DNA from: Amoebophrya sp. A120
Taxonomy: Eukaryota > Protista > Dinoflagellata
DNA length: 64,000 nt
Assembly (NCBI GenBank): GCA_905178155.1
Contig: CAJINV010000033.1
Span: 85,891 to 149,890, forward strand
Direction of reading: 5' to 3'
The translations under genes and the position numbers were made by a program. Positions 39,501-54,500 of the stretch are shown here, in pieces. The notes below the pieces were generated by a model. That model searched no databases. It was given only the letters and a program-made list of their open reading frames with translations, and had not been told where the DNA came from. How positions within the stretch are numbered: the first letter of the stretch is position 1; the number at the start of each line of letters is the position of its first letter.

Positions 39501-42500
39501 CCGGAAGCGGCAACCTTATGCTGCCCAAGCATGACACTTTTTTGCGTACTAGTCCTCTGAAAAGCGCATCTTCACAACAAGTTTGCAGGTTCTCCCCAGA
39601 ACACGAGAAGACATAGTTGCAGTGCATACGGATCGGGCGGTGGACTTCGAGGCCGTGGTGATTGCGGAGCGGAAAACATACCTGCAAATCGCCCGGGTGG
39701 TCAACGAGTCCATTGCCTTCATGCTGACCGTATCGAATGTAAAAATGTCTGGGTCTGGAAGAATGCAACTTGTCATGCTAAATCTGAAGCATGTAAAAAT
39801 CTGTGTTGCATGATTACCAAAAGTCGTCCAGTTTTGACCAAGTCGGGAGGGAGTTTCTCATGCAGGATAGGCATGAGAGAGATCGCACAGAATCTTTCAT
39901 GCTAGGTCCTGCATTCCAGACCTCATGGCTCATGGGAAATCTGCATGACAAATCGCGCATTCTTCCAGACCCAGGCATTTTTGCATTTGATAGACCAGCG
40001 CGGAGGCTGAGGCATTGCCGGAGAACTTCACCGCGCTGGCCATGGGAATCGCGGGGAGGCGGAAGTGCAACATGATCCGGCAGAAAATCGCCAAAGAGCT
40101 GAAGTTCATTGACGCTTCCGTTTCCATGGAGGAAGCCATCTGGATGCTGGGCGGGTGCAGGTTCATGAAGGGCGTCTCGCGGACAGTAATCGATCTAAAC
40201 CCAAACGCGACCGCCGCGGCAGCGAAGGCGTCAACGGTACTGATAGTGTGTTTGTGAGTAGATACAACTTGCAATATCGAACTGGAATCAGGCAGCTTAG
40301 ATCTTGACGACGACAAATCCAAGTGCGTCCTTCTCCTTCTACCATCTAATTTGTCATGCGAAACCTCCTATGCGAAAGCGAAACCGAATGTGATGCGAAA
40401 CCTCCTATACGAATCCGTCTATCAGACCGGCTCCATGGCGGAGAATGTGGACCTCGCGGACACGCCTTCGCCGGAGAAAGTGAACTGCATGAAGCTGTTG
40501 CTCATCCTGTGGCAAAAGTGCTTCCAGGCAAACCTGCCGGTGGAGGACTACTTTGTGCGCAATGAATGGATGGAGTTGATCAACAGTCTGAACGGGCTGG
40601 GGCTCGGCGCCGCAAGCGTCCTCGGGGTCATGATGGAAACAAACGCAAACTTGGTCCGGAACGCCAAACCCCACGTGGTGCTTCAGTTCGTTGATTTCTT
40701 GAAGCGGCTCGGCCCCGACGCCACCTGGCTAAACTTGCTCCAAGGGTTCTGCAGCTGTCTCGGCGTGCCGATCCAGTGCCAGCAGCAGCTGGTGCTGCAA
40801 TCTGTGTACGATCCGGGGAGTATATGAGAATGCACAACTTCTACCCCTCCTACTCAATTGTCATGCAAAATTACCAAAAGCATATGCGCCCTTTGCCTCT
40901 TGGCGTTGGCCCTTTTTGCATTTACAGATTCATCTGGCAGCCCATACAGAACTAGAACAATACGCAGTGCAGTTGTCATGCAAAACCTTCACTCTTGCCG
41001 AGCCGACGCTACGCAGCTGCTCATGCACCTCGAATGAGGGGGAGGGGGAGTTGTGCACTCTCATAGAGTATTCAGCCGAATACGGAGTGGATTGGGAACA
41101 AAAAGAAACTACTCCTCTCCTGCCGCTATGCATTGCAAAAACATCTTCGCGCTAGATAGACAAAAATTGCTTCAGAATATTAAAAGTGTGCTAAGTTGTT
41201 AGTAGACTCGTTGAATGTTGCCATCTGTCCTCACTACAACGCGCGACAGATTATATTTTGCAAAGGATAGTCGCCTCGGTTCCGTCGTGTGCCCCTTTCC
41301 GGAAACCCTCCGTGCCCAGTACACCGGCGGCGAAGCGAGTGCAGCGATCTACGGACACACCCTCCTCGCCTCGGGGATCCGCGATTTGTTTGTCTCCTGG
41401 CACAGCTCCGACGGGCAGCTGTGGCAGTTGGGGAACACGGAAAAGTTCGGGCTGTACTTCTCGCCGAAACAGCTGGGCCTGAAAACCTTCACGTTTCCGG
41501 ACGACAGCGACCGGCGGCAATGGGTGAATTTGGCGGACATCATGTGGGTTTTGGATCCCAACGCCTGTTTTAACGTGGTCTTCGACACCAGGGAGCGGTG
41601 GCCGGACCGACAGAAAAAAATGTCGAAGTCGGAGAAGGCCAGCATGCAGGCGAAGCAGGTGCTCGCGAACTTCTTCATCGCGCAGCTGCAGATGCTGACG
41701 GAGATGTGTCTGGATCGGCAGGTGAACGCGATCGGGGCGATCGAGAAGGAGTACTTCTACGAACTGGTGGTGTGCGGCGTGTGGCACCCCTTCCTCCCCG
41801 AAATCGTAAGGTCGAGGTTCGCGGCGCTGACCGACAATTTGTGGATCGACCGGCACCCGCACTACGAAATGGAGGTGCCGAACTTCATCCGGAAGTACTT
41901 TGGAACCACCGCCATGCAGATGATCACCGCGGGCACCGCGCAGCACCAGTCGGAACTGCCGAAGTTTGAGTTGATAACCCCGCCCGTGACCTCGAAACAG
42001 GGCGAGGCGGAGCAGGCCGGTAACATGAAGGTGAACCCGTTTTACGGGATTACCAGCTCGCAGAAGTTCCAACTTCTGCTGGGCTACATCCAGTACCACA
42101 TGGAAAAGATGGAGGGGAAGATGTGCATCACGCAGAAGGGTCTGAACCAATACACGGGTGCGTTGATGGAGATGGGCCTGCACTTGCTACGCTTCGGCTT
42201 TATCCCCACCTGGGACCAGCTCTGCGACATCCTGGAACCCATCCTGAAGTGCATGGACGGCCGGACCGACTGGCTGAAGCAAGCTTATGGCGTTCTCAAA
42301 CGTTACATTCTCAACTGTTACATGATTTGTCATGCAAAATGACCATGACCCGCCAGACGATCAAGCTGCTGCGCATGACAAATTCTCGGAGGTCTAAACA
42401 GCACTATAATCCGCACGAAACCTGTAATGCAAGACGCGCAAGGTTCTCCCTCTCACCTGTGCTAGTCTTGCGTTACAAATTCATGTAACAGTTGAAAACG

Positions 42501-45500
42501 CCATAAAGCTACCGACCAGCTCACTCCCCGGTCCGCGTTTGTGCTGGACGTGGGGCCTATCAAATGTAAAAATGTCTGGGTCTGGAAGAATGCCAGACTT
42601 GTCATGCATATTTTGCATGACTCGGGATGTCTGTAATGCGTGATCTGGCATCACATATTTCTAGAGGCCTTCCTGATGCCTATCCCGCATGACAAATGCC
42701 CTCCCCGCGTAGCACAAACTGGGCGCCTCTTCCTGGTCATGCAATACAGATTTTTTTAGAGTCCAAAGTTAGCATCACAAGTTGCATTCTTCCAGACCCA
42801 GACACTTTTGCATTTGATAGGGCCGAACGGCCTAGACCCGCACGGTGCAGCGCTGGCAAGCGCGGAACAGGGCGGTGGCGGGGGCATTTCGCCGAGCTCG
42901 ACGATCGTGTCGGGGTCGAGCGCCACGAAGCTCGCGGCGGAGCCGCTGCTGAGCGGGTTTTCGACGAAAAGCGGGGGGTTCTGCGACGTGAGTGTGCAGG
43001 AAGACGTCGAGATGCGCGTGACGAGGAGAAGGCCAATACATTCCCCGCGGTGGGCGGGAACAAGAATGTATAGTGCCGAATAGATGCTGTAGCGTTTGTC
43101 GCAATAGTACAAGTGCCGATGCGAAGGCGTCTACGTCTTTGCAACACAAACTTTTTGTTGATTCGCAGTACTAACTTACGTAGAGAAAATCCAACTTCAA
43201 TATGCTTCATTTCTTGTATACCATTTGCATTTGTTTCACCTCGCCGCTCCTTACAAATTGAAATTTCCCCTGCCTAGTCCTTCATGGAAGATTTTCTGCC
43301 CGACGAGGATCACTTCCAAAGAATGTAAACGTACTTACACGATGGATCCAGGTTTCCCCCCATCCCCACCGTCGCAGAAGACGAACTAGTTCGATGGCAC
43401 GACAGCCCAGAGAACGCCGAACTGATGGAATGTAAGTCGTACATGTGCGAACTCTGCCTCCGTGTACACGACCTGGCGATCGATCAGATCCTAGGCCGCA
43501 TCGTCCCTCTCTTCAAACAGTGGGAGGCCACCACCGCGGGCGGTCGGCAGGGCTACACTGGCGCGCGGTTCAGTGAGCAACAGGGCGCTCTATGGATCGT
43601 GAATGTATCGTACTACAGTACGGAGACGAACTGCAAAACTTAGCATGAAAAATGGGATTTGGAATGCGGATCTTCCACCTTAGGAGTGGAGAGGGATTTG
43701 TATTGATGCATGATTGCAATTACTAGAGACTCCTACGAATATTACGATACTTTTGCAAACCATACTCTCCCGTTTCCATTGATTTGGTCGAGCAGGTATT
43801 GCTACCCATTGCAAATGTGCCTGGGTCCCCCGGAATTTTGCCATGCGAAAAGTAGATGAAGATGAATGACAAATGACTGACTGGCTCCAGTACGCAGCTA
43901 AGCATGAGAAGTTTCACAGCGGTTTTACTTTTACAACGGTAGTGCGAAGTGCGCATGAGAATAAAACACGTTTTTTCGACGTGACAGAGACGTGCCGCTC
44001 TGCGGCAACATGCATCACAGAGTTCAGAACGGGTTCGAGTATATTATACAATAATGCGTGTCCAGCTCCAGAATGTGAATGAGGACAAGTCATATTTGCA
44101 ATGCATAGATGCGGCAAATCACGCTGAAGAAGTTCGGGTTCGATACGTATATGGACGGCGGCAACTTCACGGTCTATCAAAATGAAAAATCCCCCCACCC
44201 CACATCAAAACGAAGTTTGTTATGTTGGATTTGCGTACACAAATCAGATTTGTCTTGCTTGGAGAGAGGACTGCAGGCCCCTGCCATGCCTGAGTAGAGA
44301 GGTTTTGGCCTAGGCGCTTAGCATGAGAAACGTCTATGCTGTAGCCAACAGCATGACAAACCGCCTGCATAATGCGGCAGAGCCTGTGGAGTTGTCTTCT
44401 TGCAACACAGACGTGCGCTGTGGTCTCAAATCAGCAAGAGGAAGTTCGGCGTGTCGGGTGAGGGACCCCCGACGTCTGGCCTACGGATATCATGGGGAAC
44501 TAAGGCTCAAATCAGCAAGACAAATTTTCGGAAACATAGCGCTTCGATATGGGGAGGGGGGATTTTCACTCTCGATACGGTCATGCTACTGGACTTGCTG
44601 ATGTACGAAAATGCGAACTTGTTTCAGTTGGTGTTGGAATTGATCTTTAAAACGGGGTTCCGCACGAAGGAGGCCTTGAAAAATATGGACAGCGTCTTCC
44701 TGGTGCTCAACACGGACGAGGACAGGAGAATAGCGACGATGCGGCGGGACATCGTCACTCTCACGAACGGCTTTCACACGTTCGAATCCTGGGGGCAGTC
44801 GGACTCCTTTTCCCAGCACGATTCCGAGAAGGCGAAAAACATGAACGCGATTTGCCGCCGCTTGCGGCACAACTGCTCGGTCGGCGGCCAGGACACGGGC
44901 GACACGAGTGTGCCGGACGAAACGGCGCAGCGGAACCTACTGGACCTCGGTCTGATGCGCGCGATTTCCGCCGCGATAAGCATCCCGATCACGGAGTTTC
45001 AAGGCGAGGGTTTGAACGTGTTGAAAGAGATGATGAAGGAGGTCACGGGGCTCCTGACCATGTTTGTCTACGACAACAAGCGAAACCAGCATGCGGCTTT
45101 CGAGCACCTCCCCACACTGCGCATATCAAATGCAAAAATGTGTGGGTCTGGAAACTTGTGATGCTGGGTGGCGTATCATGAGGAGGCCACAAGTGCTGGC
45201 TCAGCATGGCAAATTTTTGAGCTTCCAGGTGTTGCCTATTCTGCATGAAAGGGACACGCCGTTGGGTCGTCCGCCATCGTGATAGGATCGCCGTGTCTGA
45301 TCATTCGACCCCCTGTATGCTTTTTAGCGCGCAACCGGTCACAGAAGTAAGTCTTAGAGCAAGTTTGTAAGACTAACCCATCAAGGCAATACTGGAGCTC
45401 CACCGTGCTCGCGGGCTTGGATGGTAAGGCAGGTCAGCCACACATAGCGCCCACTGGCTGTAGCCATGCGTAAGCAATCGATAGCAGTTTTGCAGGTGCA

Positions 45501-48500
45501 GCCGGGTGGTAGTTAGGAAGTGGGCCGGGTCCCCACGACCTAGGGGCATCGGCAGAGGCTAAATGTGTTCTAGCGCCCAGGTATTGGCAGAGGCTAAATC
45601 TGTTCTAACGCCAACCCGCCAGGAGTTAAATGGTACTACTACTACTACTGCATGACAGAAAAATGGTGCTCTTGGGTAACGTGCATGACTACAGATTCGA
45701 GAGTCATGCCAGACAAGCATGACAAACATGCATTCTCCCAGACCCAGACATTTTTGCAGTTGATAGCGCACCTGGTTTAACTACGGCGTCGGCATGGCAA
45801 ACCCCATCGCAAGTATTTTCCGCAACAACCGGGAGCTGTGCGAGAAGGTCCCCGTGGCTCTGATCTACGACTTCGCTTTCGCGCTGCAGGCCCGGTCCCG
45901 CGGCTTCTTGCCGCACCAGCTGGCGTTTTTCCACTCGATCCTGGTGGTGGGGGACCGAAAAATCAACCGAAACGCGGATATTCTAGCGGAAATCCTGTCG
46001 AAGCCAAGGTTTGATAAGGTTCTCCACTGCTTGTTCGACTCCGACGGGCGGAAGAAACGCCGGAGCATGCTGCGGAAGTTTGCGAGTTTGGAGGAATTGT
46101 CGAAGCCCGAGCCGTATGAATTGCAAAAGTATCGTACTCGTATAAACGCATTACAAATTTCCTCAGCATGTTGATAAATAAAATTTGTAAAAATGCGGAT
46201 ATACCTAAGGAAAAAGATTTGTAATGCATGGGCGCAATTACTACGAGTACGAGACTTTTGCACAGGATAAGCCGTTCCGAAAGTGGAACGGCGACGACGC
46301 CGAGCTTGTCTACTCCGTGAAGTCGGTCGAGCTTCTCAGCTTGATTTGCCTCGGCCAGGGTGACGGCGGACGGTCCAGCTTCGTGGTGAACATGATTTCG
46401 CCAGACTCACTGACGGTCCAGTACATGGAAGTCCATGAGACCGTCTACATTACCACCGAGCCGGTCGGCGGCCAGCCCTCGATCTCCAAGGCCGCACAGG
46501 AGATGGCCCGGGTGTTACAGGGCGCGATGCTGGACCTGATGTCCAACTGCTACTACGAGACGGAAGTAAGGGACGACCGGTTCTGGAATTCGGATATTCA
46601 CTTGTATCTACTCGAACTGCTCACCACGGAAATTGACAAAATCTTCAACGTATCAACTGCAACTATGTCTGGGGCTGGGAGATTGCGAGACTTGTCATGC
46701 TAGTCTGGCATGACTCTGAGCTCTCTATTACGTGGCCGCGAAGAGCTCCGCTTGCCCGTCATGCAAAAACGCAGTCTCTCGTGCGGAGTACGCAACTCAG
46801 AACCACAGCAAAACTTGTCATGCTGGGCAGCGCATTACAGTGCTTTCACTGTACAACTCCCTTCCCTGCAACACAGGTTTCCAGACCCAGACATGTTTGC
46901 ATTTGATACAACGTGAGTGCAAAGAACCGCCCGGTCACGGACAGCGAGGAGATTTTCGTCCACAGGGTGCTCCGCGCGCTAAACAACTACGTGCAGTGGG
47001 CGATGAGCATCACGGAGAAGCACGGCACCACGCACAAGGGCATCCTGGATTTGTGCTATCCTGAGTAAAAACGTCCCCACACCAGAGTTGTCATGCAGAT
47101 TTGCAATGACAGGAACATTTGTAATGCGCATCGCCAGGAGAGGCATTTTTAGTCGTGTTTTGGAATTTGTAATGTTGTAAACAGGATGAGCAGATGGATT
47201 TCTGATGCAGCTGGCCATGCGAACCTGCACTAAACTACGGACTGCAACTTGTGACGCGTGACCCTCAAAAGTTCTAGGTTTGTGTTGCAAAATCCCCATC
47301 TTGACTAGGTTTGTGTTGCAAAATCCGCCGCATTTTTTTAAAAAATTGCCGGTTGCAGCGGCATCTAACTCGAAGTTTGACAAAGCACTTTATAAGAAAA
47401 AGCACTTCGTAAAGAAAAGCACTTCGTAAAGAAAAGCACTTCGTAAAACAAAACGTAGTCATGTAAAGCAGCACGGCAGATACTTCAACATACTAGCAGT
47501 GTGCGGGGGGGGCCAATGTGGTCCCCCCCACGCGCTGCGCCTATAAATAAAACACGCCAGGGAATTTTCTTTTTTTTCCAGCAGAGGCTGGCTGTGGGAC
47601 TTGGGGCAATGCCGGGGATTAGAAATGCAAATATGATGGCAGTGCGTTTCTACTCTTAAGTATCCTGCTTCAAACATGTTTTATTTTTTTTTGGCCTTTT
47701 GTCACGCTCTTTGTCATTGTCTTTGGATTAGTACCGCGTCACACAATTGCACAAGTATTTAGAAAACATCATGGAAAATGGCACGCGGAGTCGGAAACAT
47801 TGAAAACGACGCCGAGCTCGACGGANNNNNNNNNNNNNNNNNNNNNNNNNNNNNNNNNNNNNNNNNNNNNNNNNNNNNNNNNNNNNNNNNNNNNNNNNNN
47901 NNNNNNNNNNNNNNNNNNNNNNNNNTGTACGAAAATGCGAACTTGTTTCAGTTGGTGTTGGAATTGATCTTTAAAACGGGGTTCCGCACGAAGGAGGCCT
48001 TGAAAAATATGGACAGCGTCTTCCTGGTGCTCAACACGGACGAGGACAGGAGAATAGCGACGATGCGGCGGGACATCGTCACTCTCACGAACGGCTTTCA
48101 CACGTTCGAATCCTGGGGGCAGTCGGACTCCTTTTCCCAGCACGATTCCGAGAAGGCGAAAAACATGAACGCGATTTGCCGCCGCTTGCGGCACAACTGC
48201 TCGGTCGGCGGCCAGGACACGGGCGACACGAGTGTGCCGGACGAAACGGCGCAGCGGAACCTACTGGACCTCGGTCTGATGCGCGCGATTTCCGCCGCGA
48301 TAAGCATCCCGATCACGGAGTTTCAAGGCGAGGGTTTGAACGTGTTGAAAGAGATGATGAAGGAGGTCACGGGGCTCCTGACCATGTTTGTCTACGACAA
48401 CAAGCGAAACCAGCATGCGGCTTTCGAGCACCTCCCCACACTGCGCATATCAAATGCAAAAATGTGTGGGTCTGGAAACTTGTGATGCTGGGTGGCGTAT

Positions 48501-51500
48501 CATGAGGAGGCCACAAGTGCTGGCTCAGCATGGCAAATTTTTGAGCTTCCAGGTGTTGCCTATTCTGCATGAAAGGGACACGCCGTTGGGTCGTCCGCCA
48601 TCGTGATAGGATCGCCGTGTCTGATCATTCGACCCCCTGTATGCTTTTTAGCGCGCAACCGGTCACAGAAGTAAGTCTTAGAGCAAGTTTGTAAGACTAA
48701 CCCATCAAGGCAATACTGGAGCTCCACCGTGCTCGCGGGCTTGGATGGTAAGGCAGGTCAGCCACACATAGCGCCCACTGGCTGTAGCCATGCGTAAGCA
48801 ATCGATAGCAGTTTTGCAGGTGCAGCCGGGTGGTAGTTAGGAAGTGGGCCGGGTCCCCACGACCTAGGGGCATCGGCAGAGGCTAAATGTGTTCTAGCGC
48901 CCAGGTATTGGCAGAGGCTAAATCTGTTCTAACGCCAACCCGCCAGGAGTTAAATGGTACTACTACTACTACTGCATGACAGAAAAATGGTGCTCTTGGG
49001 TAACGTGCATGACTACAGATTCGAGAGTCATGCCAGACAAGCATGACAAACATGCATTCTCCCAGACCCAGACATTTTTGCAGTTGATAGCGCACCTGGT
49101 TTAACTACGGCGTCGGCATGGCAAACCCCATCGCAAGTATTTTCCGCAACAACCGGGAGCTGTGCGAGAAGGTCCCCGTGGCTCTGATCTACGACTTCGC
49201 TTTCGCGCTGCAGGCCCGGTCCCGCGGCTTCTTGCCGCACCAGCTGGCGTTTTTCCACTCGATCCTGGTGGTGGGGGACCGAAAAATCAACCGAAACGCG
49301 GATATTCTAGCGGAAATCCTGTCGAAGCCAAGGTTTGATAAGGTTCTCCACTGCTTGTTCGACTCCGACGGGCGGAAGAAACGCCGGAGCATGCTGCGGA
49401 AGTTTGCGAGTTTGGAGGAATTGTCGAAGCCCGAGCCGTATGAATTGCAAAAGTATCGTACTCGTATAAACGCATTACAAATTTCCTCAGCATGTTGATA
49501 AATAAAATTTGTAAAAATGCGGATATACCTAAGGAAAAAGATTTGTAATGCATGGGCGCAATTACTACGAGTACGAGACTTTTGCACAGGATAAGCCGTT
49601 CCGAAAGTGGAACGGCGACGACGCCGAGCTTGTCTACTCCGTGAAGTCGGTCGAGCTTCTCAGCTTGATTTGCCTCGGCCAGGGTGACGGCGGACGGTCC
49701 AGCTTCGTGGTGAACATGATTTCGCCAGACTCACTGACGGTCCAGTACATGGAAGTCCATGAGACCGTCTACATTACCACCGAGCCGGTCGGCGGCCAGC
49801 CCTCGATCTCCAAGGCCGCACAGGAGATGGCCCGGGTGTTACAGGGCGCGATGCTGGACCTGATGTCCAACTGCTACTACGAGACGGAAGTAAGGGACGA
49901 CCGGTTCTGGAATTCGGATATTCACTTGTATCTACTCGAACTGCTCACCACGGAAATTGACAAAATCTTCAACGTATCAACTGCAACTATGTCTGGGGCT
50001 GGGAGATTGCGAGACTTGTCATGCTAGTCTGGCATGACTCTGAGCTCTCTATTACGTGGCCGCGAAGAGCTCCGCTTGCCCGTCATGCAAAAACGCAGTC
50101 TCTCGTGCGGAGTACGCAACTCAGAACCACAGCAAAACTTGTCATGCTGGGCAGCGCATTACAGTGCTTTCACTGTACAACTCCCTTCCCTGCAACACAG
50201 GTTTCCAGACCCAGACATGTTTGCATTTGATACAACGTGAGTGCAAAGAACCGCCCGGTCACGGACAGCGAGGAGATTTTCGTCCACAGGGTGCTCCGCG
50301 CGCTAAACAACTACGTGCAGTGGGCGATGAGCATCACGGAGAAGCACGGCACCACGCACAAGGGCATCCTGGATTTGTGCTATCCTGAGTAAAAACGTCC
50401 CCACACCAGAGTTGTCATGCAGATTTGCAATGACAGGAACATTTGTAATGCGCATCGCCAGGAGAGGCATTTTTAGTCGTGTTTTGGAATTTGTAATGTT
50501 GTAAACAGGATGAGCAGATGGATTTCTGATGCAGCTGGCCATGCGAACCTGCACTAAACTACGGACTGCAACTTGTGACGCGTGACCCTCAAAAGTTCTA
50601 GGTTTGTGTTGCAAAATCCCCATCTTGACTAGGTTTGTGTTGCAAAATCCGCCGCATTTTTTTAAAAAATTGCCGGTTGCAGCGGCATCTAACTCGAAGT
50701 TTGACAAAGCACTTTATAAGAAAAAGCACTTCGTAAAGAAAAGCACTTCGTAAAGAAAAGCACTTCGTAAAACAAAACGTAGTCATGTAAAGCAGCACGG
50801 CAGATACTTCAACATACTAGCAGTGTGCGGGGGGGGCCAATGTGGTCCCCCCCACGCGCTGCGCCTATAAATAAAACACGCCAGGGAATTTTCTTTTTTT
50901 TCCAGCAGAGGCTGGCTGTGGGACTTGGGGCAATGCCGGGGATTAGAAATGCAAATATGATGGCAGTGCGTTTCTACTCTTAAGTATCCTGCTTCAAACA
51001 TGTTTTATTTTTTTTTGGCCTTTTGTCACGCTCTTTGTCATTGTCTTTGGATTAGTACCGCGTCACACAATTGCACAAGTATTTAGAAAACATCATGGAA
51101 AATGGCACGCGGAGTCGGAAACATTGAAAACGACGCCGAGCTCGACGGAGCCGCATGAAGGGCGGCGGGGGGTTGGAAGATCTGCGCGCGTTGTCGGGGC
51201 CACAGAAAGAGGAAGACCAGGCCGCGGGGCATACGCACGCGGGGGAGGAGGGGGAAAACGGAGGCGAAACGAGAACAAGGGGCGCAGTACGAAAACGGAT
51301 CGAGAACCAACATGCTGGAGCAGGGGACAAGAGCGGAAAAGTAAGAAATCGGGAAAAAAAAGCCGTATACCTGCGCAATTCCTTACATGTGAATAACATG
51401 GTGGGCGGGAGGGGTTCTTCACATTTTTGGAAACGCCCACCGCCCCGACTAGAATAACTGAATGATGAAAAAATTGGGGGCAGGGCAAAAAAAAAATCCC

Positions 51501-54500
51501 CATCTTGACTCTGGTGTGGGGATGTTTTTACTCAGGATTTGTGCAGGGGCCGGATGAGCGGGCTGCTGAAGCAGATTCAGAACCGGGAGTTGCCCATCAG
51601 CAAGGACGTGTTTCTGATCGAGAACAAGCGGCTAATCGCCTGGATCGAGGGTTCCGACGCGAAAGACCAACTTCGCATTCCGTCCGGGGTCATCACCGGC
51701 ACGGCGAACAAGGGCCAGCAGGGCAACAGGAAGTCCTCCAGCTCCTCCTCCTCCGACAGTCATCATGGCGACCTGAAGCACAGTCGCGGGCGGTACACGC
51801 GGTTTCTGTCGCAGTTGAAGCACTCGCCACTGGTGAAGCACGAACTGCAGCGGGAATCGGACCTCTTGATCGCGAAGATGATTTCCATCGACCAGTACAC
51901 CGATCCGACCAACGCGCAGTTTCAGTCGGCGAAAAAGCTGTCCATGGCCACGGGGCAGCCGATCGGGTGCGACTACCGCCGGATCAAGATCAAACTCGAA
52001 GATTTGGTCGACCGCATGGTGCGCCACTGCATGCAGATCATGGGCGAGATTAGTGGCATGCCGACGATCTTGCGAGTGTACGAGCTGCTAAATTTGATCA
52101 TCGACTACTGTGATATTAGTTCGGGCAGTACTACTACGAACGCCATGTACACCCTGGTCGAGTGTCAAACCATTTTCACGAAAGCCGGCGTGGTGCGGCT
52201 GATCATCGAGACCTTGATGCTCAAGCCGGACGCACACATCACGCAGAAAGCGCTTTCCTTATGGCGTTCTCAAACGTTACATTCTCGACTTGTACATGAA
52301 ATCTGTCATGCAAGAATGGCAAGAGTGAAAGGGAAAAGATCGGCCCTTTTGCATTACAGGTTTGGAGCAGATTATAATGGTATCTAGCGCGTCGAGAAGT
52401 TGTCATGCGGAGAAGGCTTGATCGTGTGCAGAGCGATAGTATTTTTGCATGACAAATCATGTAACAGTTGAGAATGTAACATTTGAGAACGCCATACTCC
52501 TTGGGGATTTCCATGCTGCGGCCGAACAACGAAACCGTGCAGCAGGCCTTCACCTATCACAGGAAAAAAGTGTATACAGTTACACATTTGTTGGAGTTTC
52601 TGCATCACAGAGTGGCTCGTCATGGCAAAGAAAACCTGTAATGTGCAGACTATAAGGGAAAACACGAATGAAATGAGATAGGCAAGCATGTCCTGCATGA
52701 CAGAGGTTGTCTGTCTTGCTTGTCTCCCATTGGAGTGTGTAACTGTAACACTTTTTTCCCACGATATCACCGAGGTGTTCTACAGTACGGACGATTCCGG
52801 ACTCTGGTCGGTCTTCTGCACGATTTACGACCAAATTCTGAACAACTTGAAACCCGTCCGGACGCTGAAGAAGGTGCAGCGGAAGTACGAGCAGAAGCGG
52901 GCCCAGGTTCGCAAGGAGCGGCCGGACTTGGCCGCGCAATTGGACGAGGTGTCTGACTCGGCCTTGACCAGCGAAGAGCAAGAGTATTTGCAAATCTGGT
53001 CCGATATCCTACCGAAAAAAGCATAATGAAACCATGTTGATTTCTTGATGTGAAGATGCAAATCGAAGTCGACTCATGCTGAAAATTTACCACGTGCAGC
53101 ATGCCATGTGTGTGCGCTCCCGCCTCATGGCAAACCCGCTTCCTGTGTCGTGCAACTACGATCTATATTTTCGCATGACTTTCACATCAAGTCGAAGTTG
53201 TCTTCTGCGCCGTTTTTCGGTGTGATCTCTGAGCAGGTCGAGAGCTGCTGCAAGTGCATTGAGTTCCAGCAGAAACTGTCCGAGGGGCACAACCTAACCA
53301 TGCAGAACTACACCTACAACCAGCACGACAACTCGGCTATTACAATGAAAAATGCCCCCACCCCCGAACTTGGGAGCATTTGTATTGCAAACCTTTCCAA
53401 ATGAAACATTCGCCCTCTTGCATCTATCAGCATCACAGATCTCCAATCGTGAATAGCAAAAATTTGTATTGCAAAATACCCCAGCAAGAGCGGCGCTTGT
53501 CGTGCAAGCGATGCGATAGATACACACCTAGGCTCTGCATCAGAAAGATTCATACTCCTTTCATGCATGACAAAAAGTTTTCATTTGGAAACTTCGCATC
53601 ACAAATTTTTGCAATTTCAGGGTTGGGGGGCACTTTTCGCTGTAATATCGGCGTCAGTGAATTTTGTGGAAAAAACTGTGGACTTATTTGTGAAATTGAC
53701 CAAGTCCCGGGAAATTGTGGACGACCTAGACGAAGAAGAGCTAATATGCATTGCGAACACCAATTATATCCCTGGATGTCTGGAAGGTTGCAACTTGTCA
53801 TGCTAAGTCTTGGATGATCATGCAAAAGTCTGTGTTGCATGATTACCAAAAGTTGTTCACTTTTGACCAGGTTAAGAGGCAGTTTCTCATGCAGGATAGG
53901 CCTGATAGAGATCTCACTCTCACAGCATTGGTCATGTTAGGCGCTGGCGCATTCCAGCCCTCATGGGTCATGGAAAACTGGCATCATAACTCGTGCATTC
54001 TTCCAAACTACCCGCCAGACATATTTTTTGCATTTGATAGCTAGCGCTCGCCTGCAACAGCCTGGATCTGATCATCGAAGTCTTGCAAGGGCCGTGCGCG
54101 AGGAACCAGGTGTACGTGTCTGTGTCCGGGCTGGTGGAGCAAATCAACAAAATTCTCCGCTGGCCCTTCGCGAACATCGTCGATTTGAACGACGTATGAT
54201 CCTGTGCAAAAGTATCGTACTCGTACTGTAATTGCAGTAGTTATGCAGGACAAATCTCTTACTCTTTCTCGAGGCAAATCGGCATTACATAATGCTGAGG
54301 TAATTTCATATTCATTTGTATTGCAATTTACGCTAGTCGCGCGATACTCTTGTATCAATGCATACGACGGCGATCAGTACCCGGACAGCGTGCGCGAGCT
54401 GAAGTACAAGTGCTGTCTCTGTTTGAACTGTCTGCTGGAACTTCGTCCGGACACAGAAGTTATCCACTGGAAGAACCATGTCTGGGTCTGGAAACTCGTA

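Larger units (their letters stand above)
44602..51149 (+). repeat. Apparently identical 3.2 kb direct duplication (44602-47825 and 47926-51149) around a 100-N gap; introners recur at +3324 (48448-49089, 49439-49593, 49975-50232)
   Basis: Identical ORF translations at a constant 3324-bp offset; N run at 47826-47925. Confidence 0.95.

Noticed and set aside
2407-42183. Long minus-strand ORFs (for example 2903-3493, 5831-6967, 20260-21186, 41251-42183)
   Set aside because: They are antisense shadows of GC-rich or low-complexity + strand exons, with no recognisable motifs.
44602-51149. Internal tandem duplication of IP3R exons as real biology
   Set aside because: The copies look identical even in fast-evolving introner sequence and abut a 100-N placeholder gap, which is typical of unmerged contig overlap. 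Long reads or read depth would settle it.
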